Notes: generated from the letters alone by a model not told the origin. Positions 8,729 through 17,378 are shown, counted from the first letter of the stretch. The stretch: 23,851 bases of DNA from Anaerolineae bacterium (GCA_027021705.1 JALUTT010000155.1:1-23851); one strand, 5' to 3'. A program made the numbers and translations.

Positions 8729-9493
8729 ATGTACTACCTCCAACTAGACATCCGTCCAACGGGGGGATTGACCTTCCGTCGAATGCCCGGCAGCATTCTG
8801 CACATTTCCACCTACCCCTTTCTGCCGCCGAGTACAATGTCCGGCTACCTGCGGCGCCTGTTAATGTTGACTAAAGGGATATACCCCGCTACTGCCATTA
8901 AGAATGCTCCTTACTATGTCCTACCCCGGCCACCTTATTATGTGCTGGGAGCTTATCCAGTGCCCCGTGAAGCCTACCGGGTGCATACCACTCACCGCCA
9001 GGGAGTGAGAGCCTTCACCTATACTGCCTTTTCTCGTTTGAGCTGGTATCCTACCGGCAAGGAAGTCTACCAGCTTCACACATGGGAGTATCTCTTTGTT
9101 GAGCGGTTGCGAGGGTATGTGGTCAGTGAGGAACCAGGGCCGCTAGAGCGACTGAAGAGCGTGACCAACCTGGGATGCAAGCTGGGTAAGGAAGGGTATG
9201 CTTACGTCGAGGGTATCTCGGAGCCCCGAGCATTGGAGCGGCGTAAGATGAGAGCAATGCCCAGCGTGTTGATCCCGGCAACTGAGTTGGTGGGGATACC
9301 CAGTACGGTCTACACTCTTTACCGGCATAAGCACGAAGGACAGATAGCACTGGACAGATTGGCCGAACCTGTGCCCAATCCCATCGCCGGCTTCATGCCC
9401 TTTAGGGCTGGATGGCCAGCGGAACCGGTGGAGATAGATTACTGGACCGACGGAGAGGTTCTTATCCCAGCCAGCTTACTGGAGGTACTATGA
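8729..9493 (+). CDS. cas5: Divergent Cas5-family subunit
   Basis: N-terminal LTFRR...STYPFLPPSTMSGYLRRL is the Cas5 signature; KLGKEG glycine loop; follows cas7. Confidence 0.82.
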   Translation: MYYLQLDIRPTGGLTFRRMPGSILHISTYPFLPPSTMSGYLRRLLMLTKGIYPATAIKNAPYYVLPRPPYYVLGAYPVPREAYRVHTTHRQGVRAFTYTAFSRLSWYPTGKEVYQLHTWEYLFVERLRGYVVSEEPGPLERLKSVTNLGCKLGKEGYAYVEGISEPRALERRKMRAMPSVLIPATELVGIPSTVYTLYRHKHEGQIALDRLAEPVPNPIAGFMPFRAGWPAEPVEIDYWTDGEVLIPASLLEVL

Positions 9494-10266
9494 TGAGCAA
9501 ACGACAGGTAGGCCGGGTTGTCTTCGGGTTTGACGAAAAAGGCCAAGCCCAGTGGATAGTCTTAACTTTGGCATGTCATGTAAACAATGTGGTTCAGCTA
9601 GTGAGAGCATGGGACAATGGAAGAGCTTACTTGGACACCGCCGAGCTTGACTTGGATGCCACCAAGTCTCGCTTGGTGCGAGCGGCTGAGATTCACGATA
9701 GTGCTAAGCCGATCAAGTTCCGCATTATCTACCGGGAGAACCCTTTCCGCCAGGGCGAGATGGAGTGGGCATACTCCTTTGCGGGACACCGCTTCGAAGT
9801 GTACGACCCAGACCCTTATATCCAAACCCTAGCCCGGTTGCACCACGACTACTCGGTGGCGGGGATCACTCAAGGGGTAGCCCGTTTACGAGCTGATGGC
9901 GAGCCCCACGCAGCCAATTTGCCACTTGACCTCTACACATTAGAGATATGTGACCAGATCGAAGCCACGTTGGCGCGGGCAGTGTTAGGCGGCGATCTGG
10001 AGAGGCGGGTGTTTATGGACTTTCATATCGAACCGGTAAGCGAATGTCATTACGCCCTTGATCCCTACCCCTTTGCCACTGATGAAGTACGATTGGGCAT
10101 TGAGTACTCCCGACTTCGCCCCCCAAAAGAGCTTGTTGACCGAGTGGAGGCAGGGAGCAACAAGGATAAAGCGTTGGAGGAATTAACAAGCTGGGTCGTT
10201 GAGGCTTTGCAAACGGCCCCTCTAGAGATAAAGGAGGTAACAATATGCGCTTTGGCTCAACCGTAG
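9490..10266 (+). CDS. Stand-alone HD nuclease (Cas3''-like)
   Basis: Cas3-HD-type residue set: TLACHV, AAEIHDSAK, FAGHRF, RLHHDYS, ICDQIEA. GGAGG RBS, and ATG 9490/9493 overlaps the cas5 stop, so this start is preferred over 9412. Confidence 0.8.
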   Translation: MMSKRQVGRVVFGFDEKGQAQWIVLTLACHVNNVVQLVRAWDNGRAYLDTAELDLDATKSRLVRAAEIHDSAKPIKFRIIYRENPFRQGEMEWAYSFAGHRFEVYDPDPYIQTLARLHHDYSVAGITQGVARLRADGEPHAANLPLDLYTLEICDQIEATLARAVLGGDLERRVFMDFHIEPVSECHYALDPYPFATDEVRLGIEYSRLRPPKELVDRVEAGSNKDKALEELTSWVVEALQTAPLEIKEVTICALAQP

Positions 10267-11999
10267 GGGAGGCCTACCAAACGTTGACTCAATTCAGCCC
10301 CAACCCAATGCAAGAAGACATATGGCGAGCATTGGTGGAAGATGAGAATGGCGGATTGTTGCTTTTAGCTCCGACCGGGAGTGGCAAGACCGAGGCAGTG
10401 GCAGTGCCCGGTTTGGCGTTGGGCCGCCGCATTTTCGTTGTTCTGCCATCTCGCAGCCTGGTGGATGATCAGTTCGTCCGCTTCGCGAAGATGGTGCAGC
10501 GGGCCTCGGCTTGCGACACAAGCCGCCCCTACAGCCTGGTAGTAGATACCGGAGCCCTGTCAGAGCGGCGGGTTTGGAACAGAGGAGTGCCAGTAGGCAA
10601 CCCTCAGCGTCGTCACCTATACCAAGGGGATATCATCCTCACTACGTTGGATAAATTTCTCTATCGCTTCTTCGGCTTCGGTGAGCCGAGGAAGTCTTAT
10701 GTCTTTCCCTTACATATCCATTATGGCCTACATCACCCTCTCTTCTGCTTTGACGAAGCCCACAGCTACGATGCGGTGGCGTGGACCAACTTTCGCTTGC
10801 TGCTGCGCGCTCTGTACGAGAAGGGGTTAGACGTGGTGGCTATGACCGCAACGATGCCACCAGCATTTGCAGCCGATCTGAATTTTCTCGATAAGCAAAA
10901 CTGGGTAGATGGGCCAAACCGAGCCAGGTTAGACAAGTTCACCCGGCGGGCTAACCCCCAGCGAGGGCTGACTTACGTGTCGTGTGAGTTGGACAAGGTC
11001 CCAAACAAGATGATAGCACTCGCTCAGGAGCACCACGCTCCTGATAGGCGGACCATCGTTGTTGTGGGAACAGTACGCGATGCCGTGACTATCCATCGGC
11101 AGCTAGATGGGGCGCTGCTCTACCATGGCAGGCTCACTGCCATGCAGCGATGGAAGATTTACCACCAACTAAAACGATATGAGGAGAAAGGCGAGGGCTA
11201 CCTGTTGGCGACTACGAGTGCTATCGAGGTTGGCTGTGATCTGGATGCTCACACCCTTATTACCCAATTATGCGATCCAGATCAGCTACTCCAGCGGGCT
11301 GGTCGCTGCAACCGCAAAGGAGAGATGAAGAGCGCTCAGGTCATCGTTGTCGGCAATCGCATCCCCTGGTTCTTGACCGTTCTCTCCGATGAGGCCCAGG
11401 CGGCTTATAGGGCAACGCTGATGGAGATGAACGGCAATATATTGGACTCAACCGCTGTGCAAAGGCACATTATTAAAGAGCCGAATCTTGACTATCGGGT
11501 GGAGGTTGCCTTCCGAATGCTTTATGAATACGTATACGAGGCGGCGGTGGAGAACAAAGGACTGCATGACAAAGGGCTAGTCATCACTCGTAGTTGGGAG
11601 CCATCAGTGATATTATATACAGATATTGATGCAAATGGTCAATTGCGCAATCCTGTTCGAGTCTCCATTAAGCAATGTGTGGCCAACTCAAAGGATGAAC
11701 TGACACCTGGCTGTCGGGTCTACAGGCGAACTTTTAGCCAGCAGGAACATCAACCCGTCATTGAACCGTTGCGTTATGGTGGCTGTGCTTACCTGGTTGA
11801 TCTCATCGTTAAGGTGCCAATGGGATTTTTTGATGAAGAGATCGGGTATGCCAAGGTTCCAAAAGTTTTCCTTCGGCAAAAGCGCTGGTCTGATGATCCC
11901 TACAGGGAACGTTTGATTTACCCTCTTCCGAATGGAAAGCAAGCCTGGTTGTGGTACGTAGCACCTCTGGAATTCGTGAAGGTGAGAAATGCTGACTAG
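10245..11999 (+). CDS. cas3: Cas3' SF2 helicase without HD domain
   Basis: APTGSGKTE (I), TTLDKFL, FDEAH (II), MTAT (III), LYHGRL, TSAIEVGCD, QRAGRCNR (VI). AAGGAGG RBS; 584 aa. Confidence 0.9.
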   Translation: MRFGSTVGEAYQTLTQFSPNPMQEDIWRALVEDENGGLLLLAPTGSGKTEAVAVPGLALGRRIFVVLPSRSLVDDQFVRFAKMVQRASACDTSRPYSLVVDTGALSERRVWNRGVPVGNPQRRHLYQGDIILTTLDKFLYRFFGFGEPRKSYVFPLHIHYGLHHPLFCFDEAHSYDAVAWTNFRLLLRALYEKGLDVVAMTATMPPAFAADLNFLDKQNWVDGPNRARLDKFTRRANPQRGLTYVSCELDKVPNKMIALAQEHHAPDRRTIVVVGTVRDAVTIHRQLDGALLYHGRLTAMQRWKIYHQLKRYEEKGEGYLLATTSAIEVGCDLDAHTLITQLCDPDQLLQRAGRCNRKGEMKSAQVIVVGNRIPWFLTVLSDEAQAAYRATLMEMNGNILDSTAVQRHIIKEPNLDYRVEVAFRMLYEYVYEAAVENKGLHDKGLVITRSWEPSVILYTDIDANGQLRNPVRVSIKQCVANSKDELTPGCRVYRRTFSQQEHQPVIEPLRYGGCAYLVDLIVKVPMGFFDEEIGYAKVPKVFLRQKRWSDDPYRERLIYPLPNGKQAWLWYVAPLEFVKVRNAD

Positions 12000-12837
12000 T
12001 ACTGTGGTTAAACTGCGGGCGATGAACGATGGCCGGTTGCCATTGGCAACAGGTGAGTATGGTTATGCTGCTTTCCTGAGTCTGATCCGCAAAGTAGCAC
12101 CCGATTTGGCCCAGGCACTACACAATGCTGGGACCCGCCAGCCCTTCACGGTCTCCCCTCTACAAGGACGGATGCGATGGTGTAGAGGAAGATGGCAGGT
12201 TCGAACAGGGGCAGACTGCTGGATGCGATTTACTATCCTTGACCCGGCTCTCTACACTGCCTTCTCACGCTACTTTGCCGAAGCCCAGACATTCGACCTG
12301 AAGATCACCCTAGATGCTGTGAACTTTGCTGTAGAGGAGGTTACCACAACTCAAGGCAAATGGAGCGGCTATGCCACCTTCAAGCAACTCCTCACGGAGG
12401 CAAGTGACGATCCGGAAATCCCCCTGCGTTTTCACAGCCTTACTGCTTTCAGCCTAGGCGATCTGAGTGGAGTGGGTCCTCGAATGGCCATGTTTCCCGA
12501 AGCCGAGCTGGTTTTTGGTAGCTTGTTGACCAAATGGAACACCTTCGCTGATATCCTCCTTGAACCCCAACCACTTCGTGAGTTGATGAAGGACCAGTGT
12601 ATCCTGGTCAAACGCTACCGATTGGAAAGCCGAGTCTGGCAATTCCAGCGTCACCTACAACCGGGGTTCGTTGGCTATTGCGTGTATGAGGTCAAAGGAG
12701 CTACGGCTGAGCAACGACGTTACTTCAACACCCTGGCTGACTTCGCCTTTTATGCCGGTGTAGGCTATCGCACAACTATGGGTATGGGCCAATGCCGACG
12801 TATCGCTGACAAGCAGAATAACAATAGTGACCGATGA
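11989..12837 (+). CDS. cas6: Cas6 endoribonuclease (copy 1, in the inserted block)
   Basis: PFTVSPL, VFGSLLTKWN and C-terminal LADFAFYAGVGYRTTMGMGQ glycine-rich loop. Confidence 0.92.
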   Translation: MLTSTVVKLRAMNDGRLPLATGEYGYAAFLSLIRKVAPDLAQALHNAGTRQPFTVSPLQGRMRWCRGRWQVRTGADCWMRFTILDPALYTAFSRYFAEAQTFDLKITLDAVNFAVEEVTTTQGKWSGYATFKQLLTEASDDPEIPLRFHSLTAFSLGDLSGVGPRMAMFPEAELVFGSLLTKWNTFADILLEPQPLRELMKDQCILVKRYRLESRVWQFQRHLQPGFVGYCVYEVKGATAEQRRYFNTLADFAFYAGVGYRTTMGMGQCRRIADKQNNNSDR

Positions 12838-15182
12838 TAAGCATAGCTCTGCTCCCCCAAACCGAAAAACTGGCTCCCACCACCCCGTGGGACCTCCCAT
12901 ACCCGCTCCTCTACCACCAGTGGCGCACCGTCGAGGCCCTGCGCACCCACGACCTGGTGGTCAACACCTACAATACCGGCACCGGCAAGACGCTGGCCAG
13001 CCTCCTCTACCTCTTCACCTTGAACGGAACAGGGAAGAACGTCCTCTTCATCGCTCCCACCAACGCCCTCCTGGCCCAGCACGCCGAGGACGCCGCCACC
13101 TTCGTCGCCGACCACGGTCTGGACTTCAAGGTCCTGCCGATCAACGCCGCCGAGGTGCGGGCGCTGCGGCTGGCCCAGGACCCCGACGCCCCTCCCGCCC
13201 GCCCCGGCGAACTGCTCCAACGGCTCATCCGCAACTACCTGGAGTTCGAGCCGGAGGCCACCCGTCGCCGGCCCATCATCCTGGTCGTCAACCCCGACAT
13301 CTTCTACTACGCCCTCTACTTCCGCTACGCCGCCCACGACCGGCGCAACGTCTTCGAGCGCTTCCTGACCGCCTTCGACTACATCATCGTGGACGAGTTC
13401 CACTACTACGACAGCAAGCAGCTCTCCAACTTCCTCTTCGCCTTCGCCCTCTTCGACCAGTTCGGCTACTTCGACGTGCGCGGGCGCAAGGTCTGCCTCC
13501 TCTCGGCCACGCCGACGGGGGAGGTGGTGGGCTACCTGGACCGGCTCTTCGGGGACCGCTGGACGCTGATCAGCCCGGAGAACGAGCCGCCGGAAAGCGC
13601 CGACCTGCCGACCACCCCCGCGCTGACCCCCCTGGAGCTCACCCTGGCATCCGATGAGTTCCAGGAATGGGTGGCCGTCCATCGGGATGACCTGGTCCGC
13701 TGGGTGGTGGAAGAGGACCTGGACGGAGCGCTCATCAGCGACAGCCTCTGGCGGGTGAACGCTGCCTACGCCGCGTTGCGGAACGTCCTGGCAGCCGAGC
13801 GGATGGGCCGTATCACGGGGCCGGAACCGCCGGAGGCCCGTGTCCAGGCCACCGCCCGCGACCTGATCCTGGCCACGCCGACGGTGGACATCGGCTACAA
13901 CTTCAAGAAAATGGGAAAGACCCGGCAGAACTTGGACTTCGTCGTCTGCAGCGCCCGCCACAGCGATGCCCTGATCCAGCGGATCGGGCGGGCCGGACGG
14001 GTGCTGGGCAAGCCGGAGACCGACCGCCCCAGCCGGGCCATCGTCCTCCTGCCGGAAGAGGCCCTGCAACGTCTGAAGGCTTACGATGGGCAGACCCTCA
14101 GCCGGAGCGACTTCGCCGGCCTCATCCGTGAGGAGGCCAACCTACCGCCCAAGCACGCCCTGACCCACTACATCCGCACCCACGCCATCGTCGAATCCTT
14201 CTGGCCCATCTACCAGATCCGCAAGGTGCTACCTCCCCAGGAGGAGGCCGAGGTCGAAGCCCTCTTCGAGCGGGTGCGGGAGGTCTTCGCCCCCCACAGC
14301 CGGCGCACCTTTAAAGGGCTGCGGTGGTTCTTCCGCAAGCTGGAATCCCGGGAGCGATGGTTGGGTGAAACCCGTCGGGGCCGGATGCCCTTCAACCAGT
14401 ACACGGCCGAGCACCTGGCCGATTGGCTGGAGTGGCTGGACCCGGAGCAGGGCCACCTCGATCCCAAGGACCTGCTGCCCTACTTGCCCCAACTGCTAGG
14501 CGACGACGCCCAGCAGCAAGCCCTGCGGGCCTTCGTCCAGAGCCAGGTAGCGGTCACGCGGGCCCTCTTCGCCTTCCGTGATAGCTTCCAGGGGCCGACG
14601 GTCGTCTTCTACGACCCCCGACACATCTTTTCCAGCGAGACCGTCAACGCCTACGATCTCTTCCACCTGCTCAGCTACTATCGGCTCTCCCCGCCGATGA
14701 GCCGTCGCCGGTTTGAGGAGCAGTTCGGGGAGACGCCGCTGCGTGGACGCTTCTACGTCCGGCTGCTGGGGCCGCGCGATTCCCGCCTCTTCCTGGAGCT
14801 GGTCTACGAGAGCGAGGAGCCCCAAGAGGAGTTCGAACGCCGGTGGTGTGGCGCACCGGTCGCTTTGCAGGGCCTCCGGCTCCAGGCCCGGTCGCCCGAG
14901 GGTGGGGTGATGGCAGGCGCGTTGGACCAACGGTACGTGGAAGCGCTGACCGAGCGGCACATCCCGATGCTCATCGTGCCTCCCGATTCGGTGGGGGCGT
15001 TGATCGCCCGGCTGCGGGGCACGGACCTCTGGGCGCGTCGCCTGACCGTCCGCTTTCCCGAGGGTACGGTGGAAGAAGGATACCGAGCCGTCCTGGGCAC
15101 CGGTGCTTTCCACGCCCACGCCGAGTTGCAGGGCTACTTTCGGATGCGCGAGCGGTTGAAGCCGGAGGCGATCATCCTCTGA
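12834..15182 (+). CDS. cas3d: Type I-D Cas3' helicase (Cas3d)
   Basis: LLYHQWRTVEAL, YNTGTGKT, IAPTNALL, NPDIFYY, VDEFHYY, LLSATP, ATPTVDIGYNF and QRIGRAGR; no HD domain, as expected for I-D. Confidence 0.92.
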   Translation: MISIALLPQTEKLAPTTPWDLPYPLLYHQWRTVEALRTHDLVVNTYNTGTGKTLASLLYLFTLNGTGKNVLFIAPTNALLAQHAEDAATFVADHGLDFKVLPINAAEVRALRLAQDPDAPPARPGELLQRLIRNYLEFEPEATRRRPIILVVNPDIFYYALYFRYAAHDRRNVFERFLTAFDYIIVDEFHYYDSKQLSNFLFAFALFDQFGYFDVRGRKVCLLSATPTGEVVGYLDRLFGDRWTLISPENEPPESADLPTTPALTPLELTLASDEFQEWVAVHRDDLVRWVVEEDLDGALISDSLWRVNAAYAALRNVLAAERMGRITGPEPPEARVQATARDLILATPTVDIGYNFKKMGKTRQNLDFVVCSARHSDALIQRIGRAGRVLGKPETDRPSRAIVLLPEEALQRLKAYDGQTLSRSDFAGLIREEANLPPKHALTHYIRTHAIVESFWPIYQIRKVLPPQEEAEVEALFERVREVFAPHSRRTFKGLRWFFRKLESRERWLGETRRGRMPFNQYTAEHLADWLEWLDPEQGHLDPKDLLPYLPQLLGDDAQQQALRAFVQSQVAVTRALFAFRDSFQGPTVVFYDPRHIFSSETVNAYDLFHLLSYYRLSPPMSRRRFEEQFGETPLRGRFYVRLLGPRDSRLFLELVYESEEPQEEFERRWCGAPVALQGLRLQARSPEGGVMAGALDQRYVEALTERHIPMLIVPPDSVGALIARLRGTDLWARRLTVRFPEGTVEEGYRAVLGTGAFHAHAELQGYFRMRERLKPEAIIL

Positions 15183-15200
15183 AGGCGGCCTCGTGGCGAA

Positions 15201-15245
15201 CCGGAGCGGGGCGGACAGGGCCCCCTCCTAGTCGGTCCGCTCCGG
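15201..15245. other. GC-rich intergenic inverted repeat (possible RNA stem-loop)
   Basis: CCGGAGCGG (15201-15209) pairs with CCGCTCCGG (15237-15245). No U-tract follows. Confidence 0.4.
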
Positions 15246-15302
15246 GCAGGGGCGGGCCGGGAACGATCGTCCGAGATTCGTGATGAAAGGAGAAGGGACC
15301 AG

Positions 15303-16202
15303 ATGGCAGGTGATGACAGCGGGACCCTCTACTCCGTCGTCCTCACCCTGACCCCCGCCCACGAGGCGAGGGTGCGGGCGACGATGGGAGCCCAGGCCCA
15401 CGCCGCCTTCCTGCACACGGTGCGGGAAGCGGACCCGGCCCTGGCCGAAGTGCTGCACGCCCCCGACCTCCCAATGCGCCCCTTCACCGTCTCGCCGCTG
15501 CACGGGGTGGGCCGTGCCCGAGATGGGATGGCCCACCTCTCGCCGGGGCGGGACTACTGGCTGCGTTTCACCATCCTCTACCCTCCCATCTTCGAGCGGT
15601 TCATGGCCCGCTTTCTCCACAGCGACGGACGGCCCGCCATCCGGCTGGGCCGGGCCCGCCTGCTCATCCGGGAGATCCTGGCAACGCCCGAGAGCCACCC
15701 CTGGGCCGGCTACACGACCTGGGGGCACCTGGCCGCCCAGGCCCAACCGACCGATACCATCGTCCTGGAGTTCGTCTCCCCCACCGCCTTCAGCTTCGGG
15801 ACGAAATCCTGGGGGCGAAAAGTGATCGTCCTGCCGGAGCCCGACCTGGTCTTCGGCAGCCTGGTCAAGACGTGGAACGCGCTGGCCCCGGCCCCCTTGC
15901 AGATCGTCTGGAAGTCGCTGAAGGAGTACGTCGAAGAGCACGTGGTCATCAAGCGCCTGGAGGGGCTGGAGACGAAGATGCACCAGTTCCGCAAGGCCCC
16001 CCAGGTCGGCTTCATCGGGCGTGTCACCTACGGCCTGATGGCCGACGACGACTTCGCCCGCGCCCAACTGAACGCCCTGGCCGACTTCGCCTTCTACGCC
16101 GGCGTCGGCATGAAGCGGGCGATGGGAATGGGGCAAACTCGGCGGATAGTCCGCAGTCCTCAGTCCGAAGTCCACGGTCCAAAGTCCAAAGACCATGGCT
16201 GA
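15303..16202 (+). CDS. cas6: Cas6 endoribonuclease (copy 2, resident I-D)
   Basis: PFTVSPL, SPTAF, VFGSLVKTWN and LADFAFYAGVGMKRAMGMGQ. The last ~17 residues are encoded by a heptamer repeat array. Confidence 0.93.
   Translation: MAGDDSGTLYSVVLTLTPAHEARVRATMGAQAHAAFLHTVREADPALAEVLHAPDLPMRPFTVSPLHGVGRARDGMAHLSPGRDYWLRFTILYPPIFERFMARFLHSDGRPAIRLGRARLLIREILATPESHPWAGYTTWGHLAAQAQPTDTIVLEFVSPTAFSFGTKSWGRKVIVLPEPDLVFGSLVKTWNALAPAPLQIVWKSLKEYVEEHVVIKRLEGLETKMHQFRKAPQVGFIGRVTYGLMADDDFARAQLNALADFAFYAGVGMKRAMGMGQTRRIVRSPQSEVHGPKSKDHG
16148..16196 (+). repeat. Heptamer tandem array (AGTCCNN)x7, left arm
   Basis: Units agtccgc agtcctc agtccga agtccac ggtccaa agtccaa agaccat. Confidence 0.9.
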
Positions 16203-16238
16203 GGGGCTGCAATCATCCGTTGATAGGTGGGAGGGGGT

Positions 16239-16604
16239 ATGGCTATTGAGCGCTTTGAAGAGATCAAGGCCTGGCAGCGAGCTCGCGAGTTAACCAAGCA
16301 GGTATACGAGGTCTCCAAAACCAGCAGCTTCGCCAAGGACTTCGGTCTGAGGGATCAGATCCGAGCGGCGGCGGGGTCGGTGATGCACAACATCGCCGAG
16401 GGGTTTGACGCGGGTTCGGACCCCGAGTTCATCCGATTTCTCGGGTATGCCCGTCGCTCGGCTACGGAGGTTCAATCCCAACTCTACGTCGCCCTCGATC
16501 AGGGATACGTCAGCCAGGCACAGTTTGAGCGCACCTATGACCTGGCAGAGCAATGCAAGCGGCTTATCAACGGTTTCATTGCCTACCTGCGCAGTTCTGA
16601 CTAG
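16239..16604 (+). CDS. Four helix bundle protein (23S rRNA intervening-sequence protein / bAvd-like family)
   Basis: FEEIKAWQRAREL, DFGLRDQIRAAAGSVMHNIAEGF, EFIRFLGYARRSATEVQSQLYVALDQGY are family motifs. GGGAGGGGG RBS before the ATG at 16239. Confidence 0.92.
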   Translation: MAIERFEEIKAWQRARELTKQVYEVSKTSSFAKDFGLRDQIRAAAGSVMHNIAEGFDAGSDPEFIRFLGYARRSATEVQSQLYVALDQGYVSQAQFERTYDLAEQCKRLINGFIAYLRSSD

Positions 16605-16704
16605 CACACAGTGCCAGGAGCCGGTTCCCCGGCCACGGCGTGGAAGTTCTCCTGCTTGTCCACGCAGCTCTAACCAGCCCGCAGTCTCCAGCCAGTTAGA
16701 ACCA

Positions 16705-16788
16705 TCGGACTATGGACCGTGGACTGTGGACTGTGGACTGCGGACTATGGACTATGGACTGTGGACCACGGACTACGGACTATGGACC
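16705..16788 (+). repeat. Heptamer tandem array (NNGGACY)x12, right arm, inverted relative to the left arm
   Basis: Units tcggact atggacc gtggact gtggact gtggact gcggact atggact atggact gtggacc acggact acggact atggacc. Confidence 0.93.
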
Positions 16789-17378
16789 GACCAGACTACC
16801 TACCTATTTCTATGCTCAACCAACTGGAATACTGCGAACGGCGCTTCTGGCTGATGTACGTCCAGGGCGAGATGGAGGTCAACGCCCCCGTCCTGGAGGG
16901 CATCCAGCAGCACGAGCGGGTCCACACCGGTGGTGTCGAGCAGCAGGGCGCGACCATCGTCCACCGCCGGGTCTACCTCTGGTCCGACCGGCTGCGGCTG
17001 GTCGGCTTCGCCGACGTCGTTGAGGAGCGGAAGGGGGAGTTGATCCCGGTGGAGTACAAGCGGGGGCGGATGGGGCGCTGGCTCAACGACCACATCCAGC
17101 TCTGCGCCCAGGCGATCTGCCTAGAGGAGCGGACAGGGAAACCGGTCCGGGAAGGGGCCATCTTCTACTGGAAATCCCGACGCCGAGTCAAAGTGGAATT
17201 CACGCCGGAGCTGCGTGCCCGCACCGAGCAGGCCATTGCCCGGGCCTTTCAACTGCTGCAGGAAGGCCGGCTGCCGCCCCCCATTGACCATCGGACCAAG
17301 TGCCACGACTGCTCGCTGGAGCCCATCTGCTTGCCCCGGGAAGTGGAGATCCTGTTGAAGCTGGAGGAAGAAGGCTGA
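16782..17378 (+). CDS. cas4: Cas4 exonuclease
   Basis: DYLPISMLNQLEYCERR, GFADVVE, PVEYKRG, QLCAQAICLEE and KCHDCSLEPIC (Fe-S cysteines). The ORF extension upstream of 16782 is just translated heptamer repeat. Confidence 0.93.
   Translation: MDRPDYLPISMLNQLEYCERRFWLMYVQGEMEVNAPVLEGIQQHERVHTGGVEQQGATIVHRRVYLWSDRLRLVGFADVVEERKGELIPVEYKRGRMGRWLNDHIQLCAQAICLEERTGKPVREGAIFYWKSRRRVKVEFTPELRARTEQAIARAFQLLQEGRLPPPIDHRTKCHDCSLEPICLPREVEILLKLEEEG

Larger units (their letters stand above)
5413..12837 (+). other. Inserted lower-GC block encoding a second type I interference module
   Basis: Abrupt switch to many A/T-ending codons right after the cas5d stop, reverting early in cas3d (judged by eye). Six tightly packed genes. 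GATGATAAG at both ends (5417-5425 and 12833-12841). No transposase or integrase is visible. Confidence 0.75.

Noticed and set aside
9412..9489. N-terminal extension of the HD nuclease ORF
   Set aside because: Overlaps cas5; the RBS and stop/start overlap point to 9490 or 9493.
5413..12837. CRISPR-associated transposon or IS-borne cassette
   Set aside because: No tnsABC/tniQ, transposase, integrase or terminal inverted repeats seen, and the nuclease and helicase motifs look intact.
15201..15245. Rho-independent terminator after cas3d
   Set aside because: A stem is present but with a long loop, no U-tract and a mid-operon position; kept only as a possible stem-loop.
16239..16604. Diversity-generating retroelement, suggested by the Avd-like fold
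   Set aside because: No reverse transcriptase and no template/variable repeat pair seen in the window.
16705..16788. Mini CRISPR array or N-terminal extension of Cas4 from 16719
   Set aside because: Pure 7-bp tandem units with no spacers; Cas4 similarity begins at about 16782.
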